From an uncultured virus (IMG/VR IMGVR_UViG_3300034105_004634) (Duplodnaviria > Heunggongvirae > Uroviricota > Caudoviricetes): a DNA stretch of 20,000 nucleotides. The stretch lies in the IMG/VR virus record IMGVR_UViG_3300034105_004634. The stretch is one strand, 5' to 3'. Under the pieces are notes generated by a model. It was not told the DNA's origin and ran no database searches. It worked only from the letters and a program-made list of their open reading frames with translations. This document shows, one piece after another, positions 8,273 to 16,502 of the stretch. Made by a program: the position numbers and the translations under genes. The stretch's first letter is position 1. Each line of letters starts with the position of its first letter.

Positions 8273-8716
8273 TTATTTTACTGTGGATCCTCTTAAATAA
8301 TCCTCGAGAGATATCCTCTGACGAACCCCGTAAAGCATATGATCTACAGTTTGTATTGTTTGGTCTATGAATTTTCGATGATTCTCAACAAGCTCCATCT
8401 TCTCAGATATTTCCACAAGATCACCTTCTATTAGTAGCATTTTTTCCGTTGCACCGTATCTGACGTTCATCTGTTCGGAATATTCTCGCATCTTTCTTGC
8501 CTTGTCAGATTTATATTTTGAATTAAGCTTAGAAACTATACCTGCTAATTTATAACTATACTCTAAAAGTACTTGTCTATAGCTAAACATATCGACCTGA
8601 GCTTTTGCTAGGGTTTTTATGTCCTTCATATTAAGGGAAAGAACCTGTATCTTCTCTTTCCATTCTTCTCTCTCGTTTTCGAAAACCTTTCCAAAATCTG
8701 TTTTTTGTTCAGACAT
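8273..8716 (-). CDS. uvsY: UvsY-like recombination mediator (start revised to ATG 8716, 147 aa)
   Basis: Helical protein with a C-terminus (IEGDL......L......FI..TI..VD...YGVRQRI.LE.YLRG) resembling UvsY; adjacent to uvsW as in T4-like phages. The revised start avoids overlap with the upstream gene. Confidence 0.7.
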   Translation of the reverse strand: MSEQKTDFGKVFENEREEWKEKIQVLSLNMKDIKTLAKAQVDMFSYRQVLLEYSYKLAGIVSKLNSKYKSDKARKMREYSEQMNVRYGATEKMLLIEGDLVEISEKMELVENHRKFIDQTIQTVDHMLYGVRQRISLEDYLRGSTVK

Positions 8717-8717
8717 A

Positions 8718-8954
8718 TTAAAATAATTTTGGTTTGTTTTTTGTTCCTCTTTTTTTTGGAATATCCAAAACTTTGATTTCATTAATCTTTTCCACGATCT
8801 TGTCCTGTTCAGGTTCTCTTATTTTTGGTTCAATAAAATCCAAATTGACGTCTAGAGAATCGTCATTAGAAACAACAATGGGAAATTTTATTCTTGATTG
8901 TTGATTTCTACCTAACTCATTCTCCCAATCCTCAATTAGATTTTGTTGATCCAT
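8718..8954 (-). CDS. Hypothetical protein, about 78 aa (probable start ATG 8954)
   Basis: Fills the gap between the primase stop (8956) and the uvsY start (8716) with 1-nt spacing at each end. Confidence 0.7.
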   Translation of the reverse strand: MDQQNLIEDWENELGRNQQSRIKFPIVVSNDDSLDVNLDFIEPKIREPEQDKIVEKINEIKVLDIPKKRGTKNKPKLF

Positions 8955-8955
8955 T

Positions 8956-10020
8956 TTAGTCATTAATAAAATATCGGAGGTCAAGTATGTCATTCGTAAA
9001 GTAATTATCTAATCTTTTAACTTTTTTTCCAACCGCCCTTAGATGTATAACAAGATCGTTTAAATCCCATTTTCTATTCCTTGTTATAGAATTTTCCTCC
9101 AGAAACCTACCCCAATTAAAAACTGTTTCGCCTTTACTTAGTAGGTCCATGCTTTTCCCTATTCCTGCTTTATCCCAATCGTAAAAATATCTTTTATTAT
9201 CAACATCAAATGGGAATCTATTTTCTAAAGAACAAAGTCCCACCGAATTTGGCCAGAAGAACGAATCCATGGGTCCCTCGAAAACTGTTATATCATTTGA
9301 AAAATCAAGATTACCGATACCAAAAACATTTGATATTGGATCCACATCCCTAGCTCTCTCCAGAAATTCACTATCAACAACTCTGAGAAGTTTTTCATAT
9401 ATTCCACTGAGCTTATAGGTTAGATATTTTGAACTGCCTTTTATAGAGTTCATATTTCTAACCTGCAGGCCAATTATTTTTTCATCAGGGGTCAGGTTAA
9501 AAAGGAAAAGCCTCTCCTTTCTTGGATCCCATGCAAACTTCATATCAGGTTTCTGGTGTCTTCTTGTAACATATCTATGTATAGACGAACCAAATACTTC
9601 CTGTAGTCTAAGCTTCTTCATGAAATCTGCTCTTGGTATTAATAGATCATTTATGTCATTATCAAAAAAATAACTTATGTCTATCTTACCTATGGCTGAT
9701 CTTCTTTTTGTTTTATTTGTGTCTATTATCGATCTTAGCTCCTCCCTCTCCTCACCATTAAACTTTCCGTACATGGAAAAATCTCTAAAGAAAGATATTG
9801 AATCTTTATAGATACCACATCCGCCATTATAACACTTATATGCTAGAGTGTCCATGTAGAAATTACCTCTTTTCTTTCTACCATCATTTGAATCACCACA
9901 ATAAGGGCACGAGAAATTCAAACGATTTCCCGCTTTATAAACTATTTGTTTATTAGGTTCTCTTGAAAATTCCTTTACGAGTATCTCCCTTACAGTTTGT
10001 TCAATTTTTTCTAGCTGCAT
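8956..10020 (-). CDS. gp61: DNA primase, T4 gp61-like
   Basis: Zn ribbon CPYCGDS...KCYNGGC and TOPRIM motifs FEGPMDS, YDWDKAG and WDLND. Confidence 0.9.
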   Translation of the reverse strand: MQLEKIEQTVREILVKEFSREPNKQIVYKAGNRLNFSCPYCGDSNDGRKKRGNFYMDTLAYKCYNGGCGIYKDSISFFRDFSMYGKFNGEEREELRSIIDTNKTKRRSAIGKIDISYFFDNDINDLLIPRADFMKKLRLQEVFGSSIHRYVTRRHQKPDMKFAWDPRKERLFLFNLTPDEKIIGLQVRNMNSIKGSSKYLTYKLSGIYEKLLRVVDSEFLERARDVDPISNVFGIGNLDFSNDITVFEGPMDSFFWPNSVGLCSLENRFPFDVDNKRYFYDWDKAGIGKSMDLLSKGETVFNWGRFLEENSITRNRKWDLNDLVIHLRAVGKKVKRLDNYFTNDILDLRYFIND

Positions 10021-10026
10021 CTTTAT

Positions 10027-10066
10027 AAAATAAAAAGGGACAGCTCTTCCAAGGAGATGTCCCTTT
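10027..10066 (-). terminator. Intrinsic terminator downstream of the SSB gene
   Basis: Stem AAAGGGACA/TGTCCCTTT (10034-10066) with extra pairing possible in the loop, followed by a U-rich tail on the minus strand. Confidence 0.8.
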
Positions 10067-10077
10067 ATTTTTATTTA

Positions 10078-11046
10078 TTATAGGTCGTTATAAAGATCCT
10101 CTAATGAATTAGTTGCACTTGGTGTGCTTGGTGCAGCTTCTCTAGTAGGTGTGTTTTCATACCCGCTTACTTTAGTTTTACTAACCTCATCATAAAGATC
10201 ATTAGTAGAATTATTCTGTGGGGCTGAAGCAGGTGCTGCAGGTCTGGATGAAGACGAAGCAGATCCTCCTAAAATTTCATTAAGCACTCTTTGTTCAGGT
10301 ACACTATTTCTAATCACGCTCATAATTTTTTCACTTAGATCATCGTCCCAATCTTTATAATCAAAGTTTGTTAGATTTTTAGGACCTCCGTTTAAATACG
10401 TAAGAATAACGTCCATATCTTTCTGATTTTTCTGCATTGAGTTTCCTTCGATCTTAATCGATGTTTTCTCACCCACAAAAGAGCATAGATCATAATTATT
10501 CCACTCACCAACTTTTCTTACACTTACTGAAAATTCTCTCCCTTCAAAAAGATCAAAAGGATTACATGGTGCACCATATTCTGGCTGTAATTGGGCCTCG
10601 ATCATATCATTAAGTTTTTTACCAAACTTGAAGATCATAATCTTACCTTCCAATTCTGGTCTATTCTTATCTTGCACAATCTGAACAAGTGAATAGAAAT
10701 CCTCTTTCCTTGCGAAGTTTTTAGATAATTCCTGATCAGCAGCAGAATGAGAATTCTTGAGCTTCCAGAATAAATCTTTTAATATTGATTTTTTTCCAAC
10801 TGTCGAAGGACAGTCAGCAGAAAATCCATCACCACTTACTGGATCCTTCAAGTAAACATAATACTTATGGATTTTTGATTTTGCAGGATTCTCTGAATTA
10901 GGTATAAATCTAATTAATGATTTATAAACACCATCTTTACCATCTTCTGGATATGGTTTATAAAAATCATCTTTGTCACCTCCTGTTGTTGGGACTTTTG
11001 TTACGAATGCCTCTGCATCCAAATTGAAAATGTCTAAATTACTCAT
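10078..11046 (-). CDS. gp32: Single-stranded DNA-binding protein, T4 gp32-like (start revised to ATG 11046, 322 aa)
   Basis: Motifs LIRFIP, LEGKIMIFKFGKKL.DMI, NPFDLFEG..F, V.EWNNYD...F and the acidic tail LEDLYNDL. The 43 upstream codons in the ORF track are low-complexity leader sequence. Confidence 0.92.
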   Translation of the reverse strand: MSNLDIFNLDAEAFVTKVPTTGGDKDDFYKPYPEDGKDGVYKSLIRFIPNSENPAKSKIHKYYVYLKDPVSGDGFSADCPSTVGKKSILKDLFWKLKNSHSAADQELSKNFARKEDFYSLVQIVQDKNRPELEGKIMIFKFGKKLNDMIEAQLQPEYGAPCNPFDLFEGREFSVSVRKVGEWNNYDLCSFVGEKTSIKIEGNSMQKNQKDMDVILTYLNGGPKNLTNFDYKDWDDDLSEKIMSVIRNSVPEQRVLNEILGGSASSSSRPAAPASAPQNNSTNDLYDEVSKTKVSGYENTPTREAAPSTPSATNSLEDLYNDL

Positions 11047-11135
11047 CTTTCTTAATTTTTTTAATTTGTTTTTTAATTTGTTTTTTAATTCTTTAAATTT
11101 TACTTCCGTTTTTACTTTTGTTTCCTCTAATCTTA
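11047..11135 (-). promoter_or_regulatory. Unstructured A-rich leader with a 12-nt tandem repeat (CAAATTAAAAAA, about 3 copies, 11057-11090), candidate gp32 autoregulatory operator
   Basis: The repeat is directly visible immediately 5' of the ATG. Function is inferred by analogy to the T4 gene 32 translational operator. Confidence 0.6.
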
Positions 11136-11177
11136 TAATATTACATTTTTTATTTTTATTTTGAATACCAAACACCG

Positions 11178-11208
11178 AAAAAACACCAGATAATTATTAC
11201 CTAGTGTT
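11178..11208 (-). terminator. Hairpin plus U-tract between the RuvC-like gene and ssb
   Basis: AACACTAGGTAA-TAA-TTATCTGGTGTT forms a 12-bp stem with two G.U pairs that work only on the minus strand, followed by a U run. Confidence 0.6.
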
Positions 11209-11279
11209 AAATCGTATATGATAAAATATTGATTGTGTGTTCTATGAATTGGTCAGACCAAGTTGCGGTCGAAAGAAAA

Positions 11280-11996
11280 TTATACCAATTTCTTTGTAGA
11301 TTTTTTACTCTTTGATTTACCTTTAATAATCTCATTGTTTCCCTTTAATTCCTCCTTTAAATACAAATTAACCCAAGTTGAATCGACAACATCATCTATT
11401 GGCTTGTTTATTGCCTTAGACCCAGTTATCCATTCTGTTTTATTCTCCTCTAACATCTTAGAGAATACATCCAAGTTTGTTTCATCCTCCCTAAAGCTAC
11501 ACAAGGAGTGATAAAGCTCATCTTTCTTCGCATTACCTTTAACTGCGAATTTTTTAATCGTTGTTGGTGAAAACACGTAAAAATTTTCACTACCAACCCG
11601 ACTTATTATTCTTTCTCTTAATAGAGCAGTTGCCATTGATATGTCTACAAGGGAGTTACCGTTGGATGAAAAACTTAAACCCTCCATTGCTACATGGAAT
11701 GTTTCATTCCCCATAATCTCAAGGACAGAACTCCAAAGAACTTCAACGATCTCTAAATAGTAACCCATTTTTTCTCTTTCCCTAGCAGAATACTCAGTAG
11801 TAAATTCTTGTTTTTCTAATATCTTTATAACAAAGCTATCATTGGAATCAAGTATAAAATATGGTTTTTTTTTATTTTTTAATAAAGATTCAAACGTTCG
11901 GTCAGATCTTGAAATTGATCCCCACGTATATTTATTGTCCTTGAAACAACAAAAAGCCGGGCAATTAAGGGAGAAATCGATTCCCACTAAATTCAT
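11280..11996 (-). CDS. RuvC-like (RNase H fold) Holliday junction resolvase/nuclease
   Basis: GIDFSL (D), MEGLSF (E), PTTIKKFA..GNAKKDEL and DDVVDS (D..D) match RuvC motif spacing. Confidence 0.8.
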   Translation of the reverse strand: MNLVGIDFSLNCPAFCCFKDNKYTWGSISRSDRTFESLLKNKKKPYFILDSNDSFVIKILEKQEFTTEYSAREREKMGYYLEIVEVLWSSVLEIMGNETFHVAMEGLSFSSNGNSLVDISMATALLRERIISRVGSENFYVFSPTTIKKFAVKGNAKKDELYHSLCSFREDETNLDVFSKMLEENKTEWITGSKAINKPIDDVVDSTWVNLYLKEELKGNNEIIKGKSKSKKSTKKLV

Positions 11997-12007
11997 ATGA
12001 TAATGTG

Positions 12008-12244
12008 TTACTGGTTAATATCCTGTTTTTGTCCGACTGAATTGGTTGTTCCGTATACCTTAGATAACTTTGAAAAACAAGACTTAACTTGGTCTTCGGT
12101 AAGGCAATCTATAATATCATCAAGAACTCTTCTATCGTTACCACAAGCAGCAATAAGTAGATTCTTCATGTGATCTTTCTCACCATACAATGGTTGGCCA
12201 TATTTCGCTTCATTTAGCTCTTTTAAATTTGAGAATGTTTTCAT
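12008..12244 (-). CDS. Hypothetical protein, 78 aa, possible capsid-internal protein
   Basis: Leader MKTFSNLKELNE; preceded by a GATATATA motif. Confidence 0.75.
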   Translation of the reverse strand: MKTFSNLKELNEAKYGQPLYGEKDHMKNLLIAACGNDRRVLDDIIDCLTEDQVKSCFSKLSKVYGTTNSVGQKQDINQ

Positions 12245-12263
12245 TTTAGTTTGTTTGTTTAAG

Positions 12264-12271
12264 TATATATC
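12264..12271 (-). promoter_or_regulatory. GATATATA motif, candidate late promoter
   Basis: Overlaps the last base of the upstream stop codon; 19 nt upstream of ATG 12244, the same spacing as the copy at 5914. Confidence 0.6.
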
Positions 12272-12819
12272 TATTTTGCTTCTAGAACTATATCAAGATA
12301 GTTACATTTGAAACCCAGACTAAATGGTGTAAATTGATTTGAATTCGAAGTATAACTTAATTGCAGCTCCGAATATGATGTTAATATCACTTCCTTAAAT
12401 GTTACGGAGGTCACTATATTTCCTTCGTTGTCCATTATTCTTAGTGGTAAATTAGGTAATCTTAATTGAGGATTTTCAAAGTTAAGAAAATTTAATATCG
12501 TATCCAACATAATAAAATAGTTTATAAAACCATCAACATTTTTAAATCCAATACTAAAATCATGAGAAAATAAATCCTGAATATTAGTTGAACTTTTATA
12601 TGATATTTTTTTACCCAAGTTTCTAACCTGCTCAACCGAATCTATAGTCATATTCGGAAATCCTATTGTCTGTATAGTACTATTCATATAGTCATCTATA
12701 TTATCGAATGGTATAGGTTGTCTTTTAATGTACGGTAGATATTTATCAACCACACTTTTAGGAAAAAATCCTCTAGGAAAAACAAAGTAAAAACTATTAC
12801 CTTTTGGGTTTAATAACAT
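12271..12819 (-). CDS. Tail-tube-fold protein, probably T4 gp3-like tail completion protein or a gp19/gp54 paralog
   Basis: Size (182 aa) and the pattern IQTIGFP...F.IGF..VDG..NY...LRIMD......VTF......SYSEL...Y.......F.LGF..NY resemble gp3/tube proteins. Confidence 0.5.
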   Translation of the reverse strand: MLLNPKGNSFYFVFPRGFFPKSVVDKYLPYIKRQPIPFDNIDDYMNSTIQTIGFPNMTIDSVEQVRNLGKKISYKSSTNIQDLFSHDFSIGFKNVDGFINYFIMLDTILNFLNFENPQLRLPNLPLRIMDNEGNIVTSVTFKEVILTSYSELQLSYTSNSNQFTPFSLGFKCNYLDIVLEAK

Positions 12820-12828
12820 CTGTTATAA

Positions 12829-15147
12829 TTATTTTCTTATTTTTAAACGTGCTAAGGTAAATGGTGATAATATACCCTTACCTGCCTTAATAACATCTTC
12901 CGGTGTTATGTTCGGATATTTAATTCTACCTGGTTTACCAGGCTTGAGGAAATAATTAGTTATAGTCCTATCCGCCCATCTAATAGCTTTATATCCTCTC
13001 ATCTCTGCGCTCAGTGATGCTATCAAAGCGGAGCCAGTTAATACTTGATTAGTAGAAGCTGCAGGTGTTGCTGTAGCAGGGGTTCCACCTGTTCCTGGAG
13101 TAGCTGGCATCACTGATTTTATCGATGGTAAAGGTGAATTTGCTAGATTGTTTATAGATTCACTGGTTGGCCCAGTAGAACCTCCAGTAACAGGTAAACC
13201 TGTCGATGCAGTCGCACCTGTAACAAAATCCGCTTCGCCATTCTTTTTCCAATATCCCCAATATATAACAGAATTTGAATTATTAACAGGTGTTAATATA
13301 TTATTATACGAGGCAGAATTAATGTAATTATTTGCTCCATTTATAGCTTTACTTGAATCTCTTCTATCTGAAATAACACTCTCTATGGTTTTTTCTAGAA
13401 CATTGCTACCAACACCAGGATTTACAGTAACTGCACTTTTGTCAGTAGCCGAAAGAGCTGTTTGATTTATCGATACACCATTGGTTATAAAAAATCTTCT
13501 ATCACTTATTTGTAGAATCCTACTAGCAGCTGATTCATCAATCTTAAATGCAATCTCACCTAATCCTGGACTTGCTAATGAATTATCCTTCAACGAAGGT
13601 ATCTGTATTTTACTTCCACTAAGATCAACAAATGATATATTAAATTCACCAGAGCTGACAAGATCAATAGCAACAGGATCACCAGAAGGTCCGCTTTTAA
13701 TGAATTTAAACTTGACGTAAGTATCGAATGGAGATATTGATATCGTTAATTTACCGGTTCCAACAGCAACTGTTTGTGATGCGCCGCTATCAACGCTTAA
13801 AGAATTATTAGTAAATGTAAGATTATCCATGCTAGCAGCAACATAATTCTGATTAATAAAAACGTTAGTAAACTTTATTATTTCTTTTGGTGCAGGATTA
13901 TTAGAAGACATACTTATGGATGGCTGAGAATATATTCTATTGTATATCCTCTGAACCTGAGGAAAATTACTCAACTGTATTGGTTTTATTTTCAAGCCCC
14001 ATTCCGAAGGATTTGGAGATGTATATGATGATATTCTTATGGTTCTGCTCTGATCCACACTATTAACAAGAGTCATCGTGTATCTTAGTGTAAAGCTCAC
14101 GGCAATACCTGCATTTCTAACAATAGGTCTATAATAATTTGGCGAATCGTATGCCGTGGTTTGAACAGAATCAAAATGTGATGTTCTTATGAGTGAAGCT
14201 CCAATTTGTTCAAGTATCTCTATCTGATGACTTATGTAATAAGAATTTCCCAAGGAGTTCTGAAATAATATAAAATCCTCAACAAATCCCTCATTGTCAG
14301 TTGCATAATATTCAAAGAATTCGCCTCTATCGGATGGTCTTATAGTTGCACCAATGTTACCGAAAGGGTCTTCTTGCTCAAGAGAAAGTGTGGCTATCTC
14401 AGACGAATCATATTTGGCATACCCTGCATAATCGGATGTGCTCTGTATCTGCCATGCGGTTATTCTAATAGGTGAATTATAAATAAATCCAAAACCGCTA
14501 TGACTTATAAGTCCAGCTAATGTCTCTGGTTTAAAAGATGAAGAAGAAGCCTGATACTTATTATTCATATCCCTGAGATTGGGTATTTTTATCTCTATGT
14601 ACTTATCATATATGTTTGAACCAATCGTAACCGGACTAGGGTTAAGATTGTAATCATCGTTTACGCCCTTTTTTATTAAAATTTGGGATACTACCACCAC
14701 TGTTGTGTCAACATCCTCATACTGAATGGACATTATAATTCCATCCATATTACCAAGATTATATCCAGCTCTTATGTGATATCTAACAGAATCATAGACA
14801 ACTAAAAGATTGGAAGGAAATACTATTGGCAGATTCGTGGTATTAGTTAATTCATCTGAATAATCATTAAATGGAATAATTAAATTTGAATCAAGAGTTA
14901 CAAATGAATTTTCAGCTATTCTAACAACACTATCCTGAGTGGTGTTATGTGTTATATTATAATCGTTATTAGGATTAAATATTTGGAAATCACCAGATCT
15001 AAACCCATTTACCAATTTATCATAACCCACAGTTGACGGTCCACTATTTACAAAATATGTTTCAGGTTGGGGTTGGTCAGCATACATATACTCCATAAGT
15101 AAATATGGTGTTATCTGAACGTACTTGGATGATGTGCTAAATGCCAT
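12829..15147 (-). CDS. Large hypothetical protein, 772 aa, likely virion structural
   Basis: Ser/Asn/Ile-rich and beta-strand-like, with a Thr/Gly/Pro/Ala linker near the C-terminus; located among structural genes. Confidence 0.7.
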   Translation of the reverse strand: MAFSTSSKYVQITPYLLMEYMYADQPQPETYFVNSGPSTVGYDKLVNGFRSGDFQIFNPNNDYNITHNTTQDSVVRIAENSFVTLDSNLIIPFNDYSDELTNTTNLPIVFPSNLLVVYDSVRYHIRAGYNLGNMDGIIMSIQYEDVDTTVVVVSQILIKKGVNDDYNLNPSPVTIGSNIYDKYIEIKIPNLRDMNNKYQASSSSFKPETLAGLISHSGFGFIYNSPIRITAWQIQSTSDYAGYAKYDSSEIATLSLEQEDPFGNIGATIRPSDRGEFFEYYATDNEGFVEDFILFQNSLGNSYYISHQIEILEQIGASLIRTSHFDSVQTTAYDSPNYYRPIVRNAGIAVSFTLRYTMTLVNSVDQSRTIRISSYTSPNPSEWGLKIKPIQLSNFPQVQRIYNRIYSQPSISMSSNNPAPKEIIKFTNVFINQNYVAASMDNLTFTNNSLSVDSGASQTVAVGTGKLTISISPFDTYVKFKFIKSGPSGDPVAIDLVSSGEFNISFVDLSGSKIQIPSLKDNSLASPGLGEIAFKIDESAASRILQISDRRFFITNGVSINQTALSATDKSAVTVNPGVGSNVLEKTIESVISDRRDSSKAINGANNYINSASYNNILTPVNNSNSVIYWGYWKKNGEADFVTGATASTGLPVTGGSTGPTSESINNLANSPLPSIKSVMPATPGTGGTPATATPAASTNQVLTGSALIASLSAEMRGYKAIRWADRTITNYFLKPGKPGRIKYPNITPEDVIKAGKGILSPFTLARLKIRK

Positions 15148-15169
15148 TATATTTTATAATTTTTATAAA

Positions 15170-15682
15170 TTAGTGAATAACACCAATACTTGTTAAAATA
15201 AGTCCAATTAATGCAAGTGAACCAAGACCACCTCCGATAATCATTTTGGTTTTTAATGTACTCAATTGTTTATTCTTTTCATCTATTATCTGATTTCTAT
15301 TAGCCAGCTGTAATTCTAATACTTTATTTCTTTCCATCCACCCAAGTATTTCACCTTGTAATGCTTTTATCTTCCCATCTTTTTCTGATAATTGATCCTC
15401 CTGCTTAACTATAGTTGCATTTAATTTTGCAATCACAACATCTTTTTCGGAAATAACTCTAACACACAGTGTTTCGTATTCCTTCATCTTTATTCCTTGT
15501 GCTTCAAATTTATTTAATAAGTCGGTATTATTATTAAGTTTCATAGCCTGTGGTATAGTCATTACTATTACCTTTTGTCCAAGTGAATCAACTTCAAATT
15601 TGGGATATTTAATTTCTGTGGTTACCTGTGAAAACGTCACCGTAAAAAACAGAGACATCAAAATTGTATAAATTCCTTTCAT
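15170..15682 (-). CDS. Exported coiled-coil protein with signal peptide and C-terminal hydrophobic anchor, possible spanin-like partner
   Basis: Signal MKGIYTILMSLFFTVTFS/Q, a long heptad-repeat region, and C-terminal MIIGGGLGSLALIGLILTSIGVI. Confidence 0.65.
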   Translation of the reverse strand: MKGIYTILMSLFFTVTFSQVTTEIKYPKFEVDSLGQKVIVMTIPQAMKLNNNTDLLNKFEAQGIKMKEYETLCVRVISEKDVVIAKLNATIVKQEDQLSEKDGKIKALQGEILGWMERNKVLELQLANRNQIIDEKNKQLSTLKTKMIIGGGLGSLALIGLILTSIGVIH

Positions 15683-15685
15683 ATA

Positions 15686-16099
15686 TTAATTTGTTTTTTC
15701 TATTAAAGCTTCCAAAAGTTCATCATCAGTAAGCACTGGTGGATTTTTCTTTAGATCCTCTATTTCTTCCCTACCGTTAGCAATTGAGCTTTGAACTTTA
15801 TCTAAATCCGCTTTGGATTTTTTAGCCCTTTCCTCCGCTATTCTGGCCTCAATTTTCAATCTATTAATTTCTGACTGTAGTTTCTTATCCCTAGTATCAG
15901 ACTCACTGAATTTTTTTTGCCAATGTATAATTTTAGCATCCGCTGCTCCCTTATCAGCTTCTAACACCCTAAATTTTTCATCCAATTGTTTAATTTTTTC
16001 TTTGGAAGCATCATCACCACCAAAGAACCATTTAAACCCTAATATGCCAGTCAGCAGTAACAAAATTAAGATTAGCGAAGTTTTTATGTCAAATTTCAT
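15686..16099 (-). CDS. N-terminally membrane-anchored coiled-coil protein, i-spanin (Rz)-like topology
   Basis: Transmembrane segment SLILILLLLTGILGFKWFF followed by a charged helical region and a Pro-containing C-terminus. Confidence 0.65.
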   Translation of the reverse strand: MKFDIKTSLILILLLLTGILGFKWFFGGDDASKEKIKQLDEKFRVLEADKGAADAKIIHWQKKFSESDTRDKKLQSEINRLKIEARIAEERAKKSKADLDKVQSSIANGREEIEDLKKNPPVLTDDELLEALIEKTN

Positions 16100-16126
16100 A
16101 TTTTTATCGGTGAATTTTTTTTTAAT

Positions 16127-16369
16127 TTACTCTTTCTTCCATGTTAGAGTCAGTGGATCCAAAGAACCGCTACCATATTTTTGTGTTAGATCCCTTATGA
16201 AATCCTTCTCCGAATTTCTACATTTTTCAAGTTCATCTATGAGCTTATATGATCTCTCCTGCATGGATTTAATGCTATCCTCTATTTTAAAAATGTCCTG
16301 GTGAACTTTTATAAATTTCTTAGACAATCTTAATAATCTCTCCTTTTCTACGTTTGTTAGGTCTTTCAT
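16127..16369 (-). CDS. Small coiled-coil hypothetical protein, 80 aa
   Basis: Helical heptads ending in L..KYG.GSLDP.T; first gene after a GATATATA motif. Confidence 0.75.
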   Translation of the reverse strand: MKDLTNVEKERLLRLSKKFIKVHQDIFKIEDSIKSMQERSYKLIDELEKCRNSEKDFIRDLTQKYGSGSLDPLTLTWKKE

Positions 16370-16384
16370 AATTTATTATTTTAT

Positions 16385-16392
16385 TATATATC
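16385..16392 (-). promoter_or_regulatory. GATATATA motif, candidate late promoter
   Basis: Intergenic, 15 nt upstream of ATG 16369. Confidence 0.6.
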
Positions 16393-16502
16393 AAAATTTT
16401 TATTTGTCATTATTTTAAATATCTATGATTGATACATATAGTAAATATCTGGATACTATAATATTCTTTTATGGTATGTATGGAAGACATGTCTATTTCT
16501 AG

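Noticed and set aside
11047..11175. 43-aa N-terminal extension of SSB (KNKLKNKLKK) given in the ORF track
   Set aside because: It is a translation of the A-rich leader repeat from a GTG start; ATG 11046 gives a typical gp32 size.
11236..11270. Resemblance to the T-even gene 32 mRNA pseudoknot (GACC…GGTC stem)
   Set aside because: Stem 1 could form, but I found no downstream complement for the loop (GCAACTT) to make stem 2.
16410..16490. 26-codon minus-strand ORF and weak AAATATCT…GATAC repeats in the intergenic gap
   Set aside because: No supporting motif; expected by chance in AT-rich DNA.
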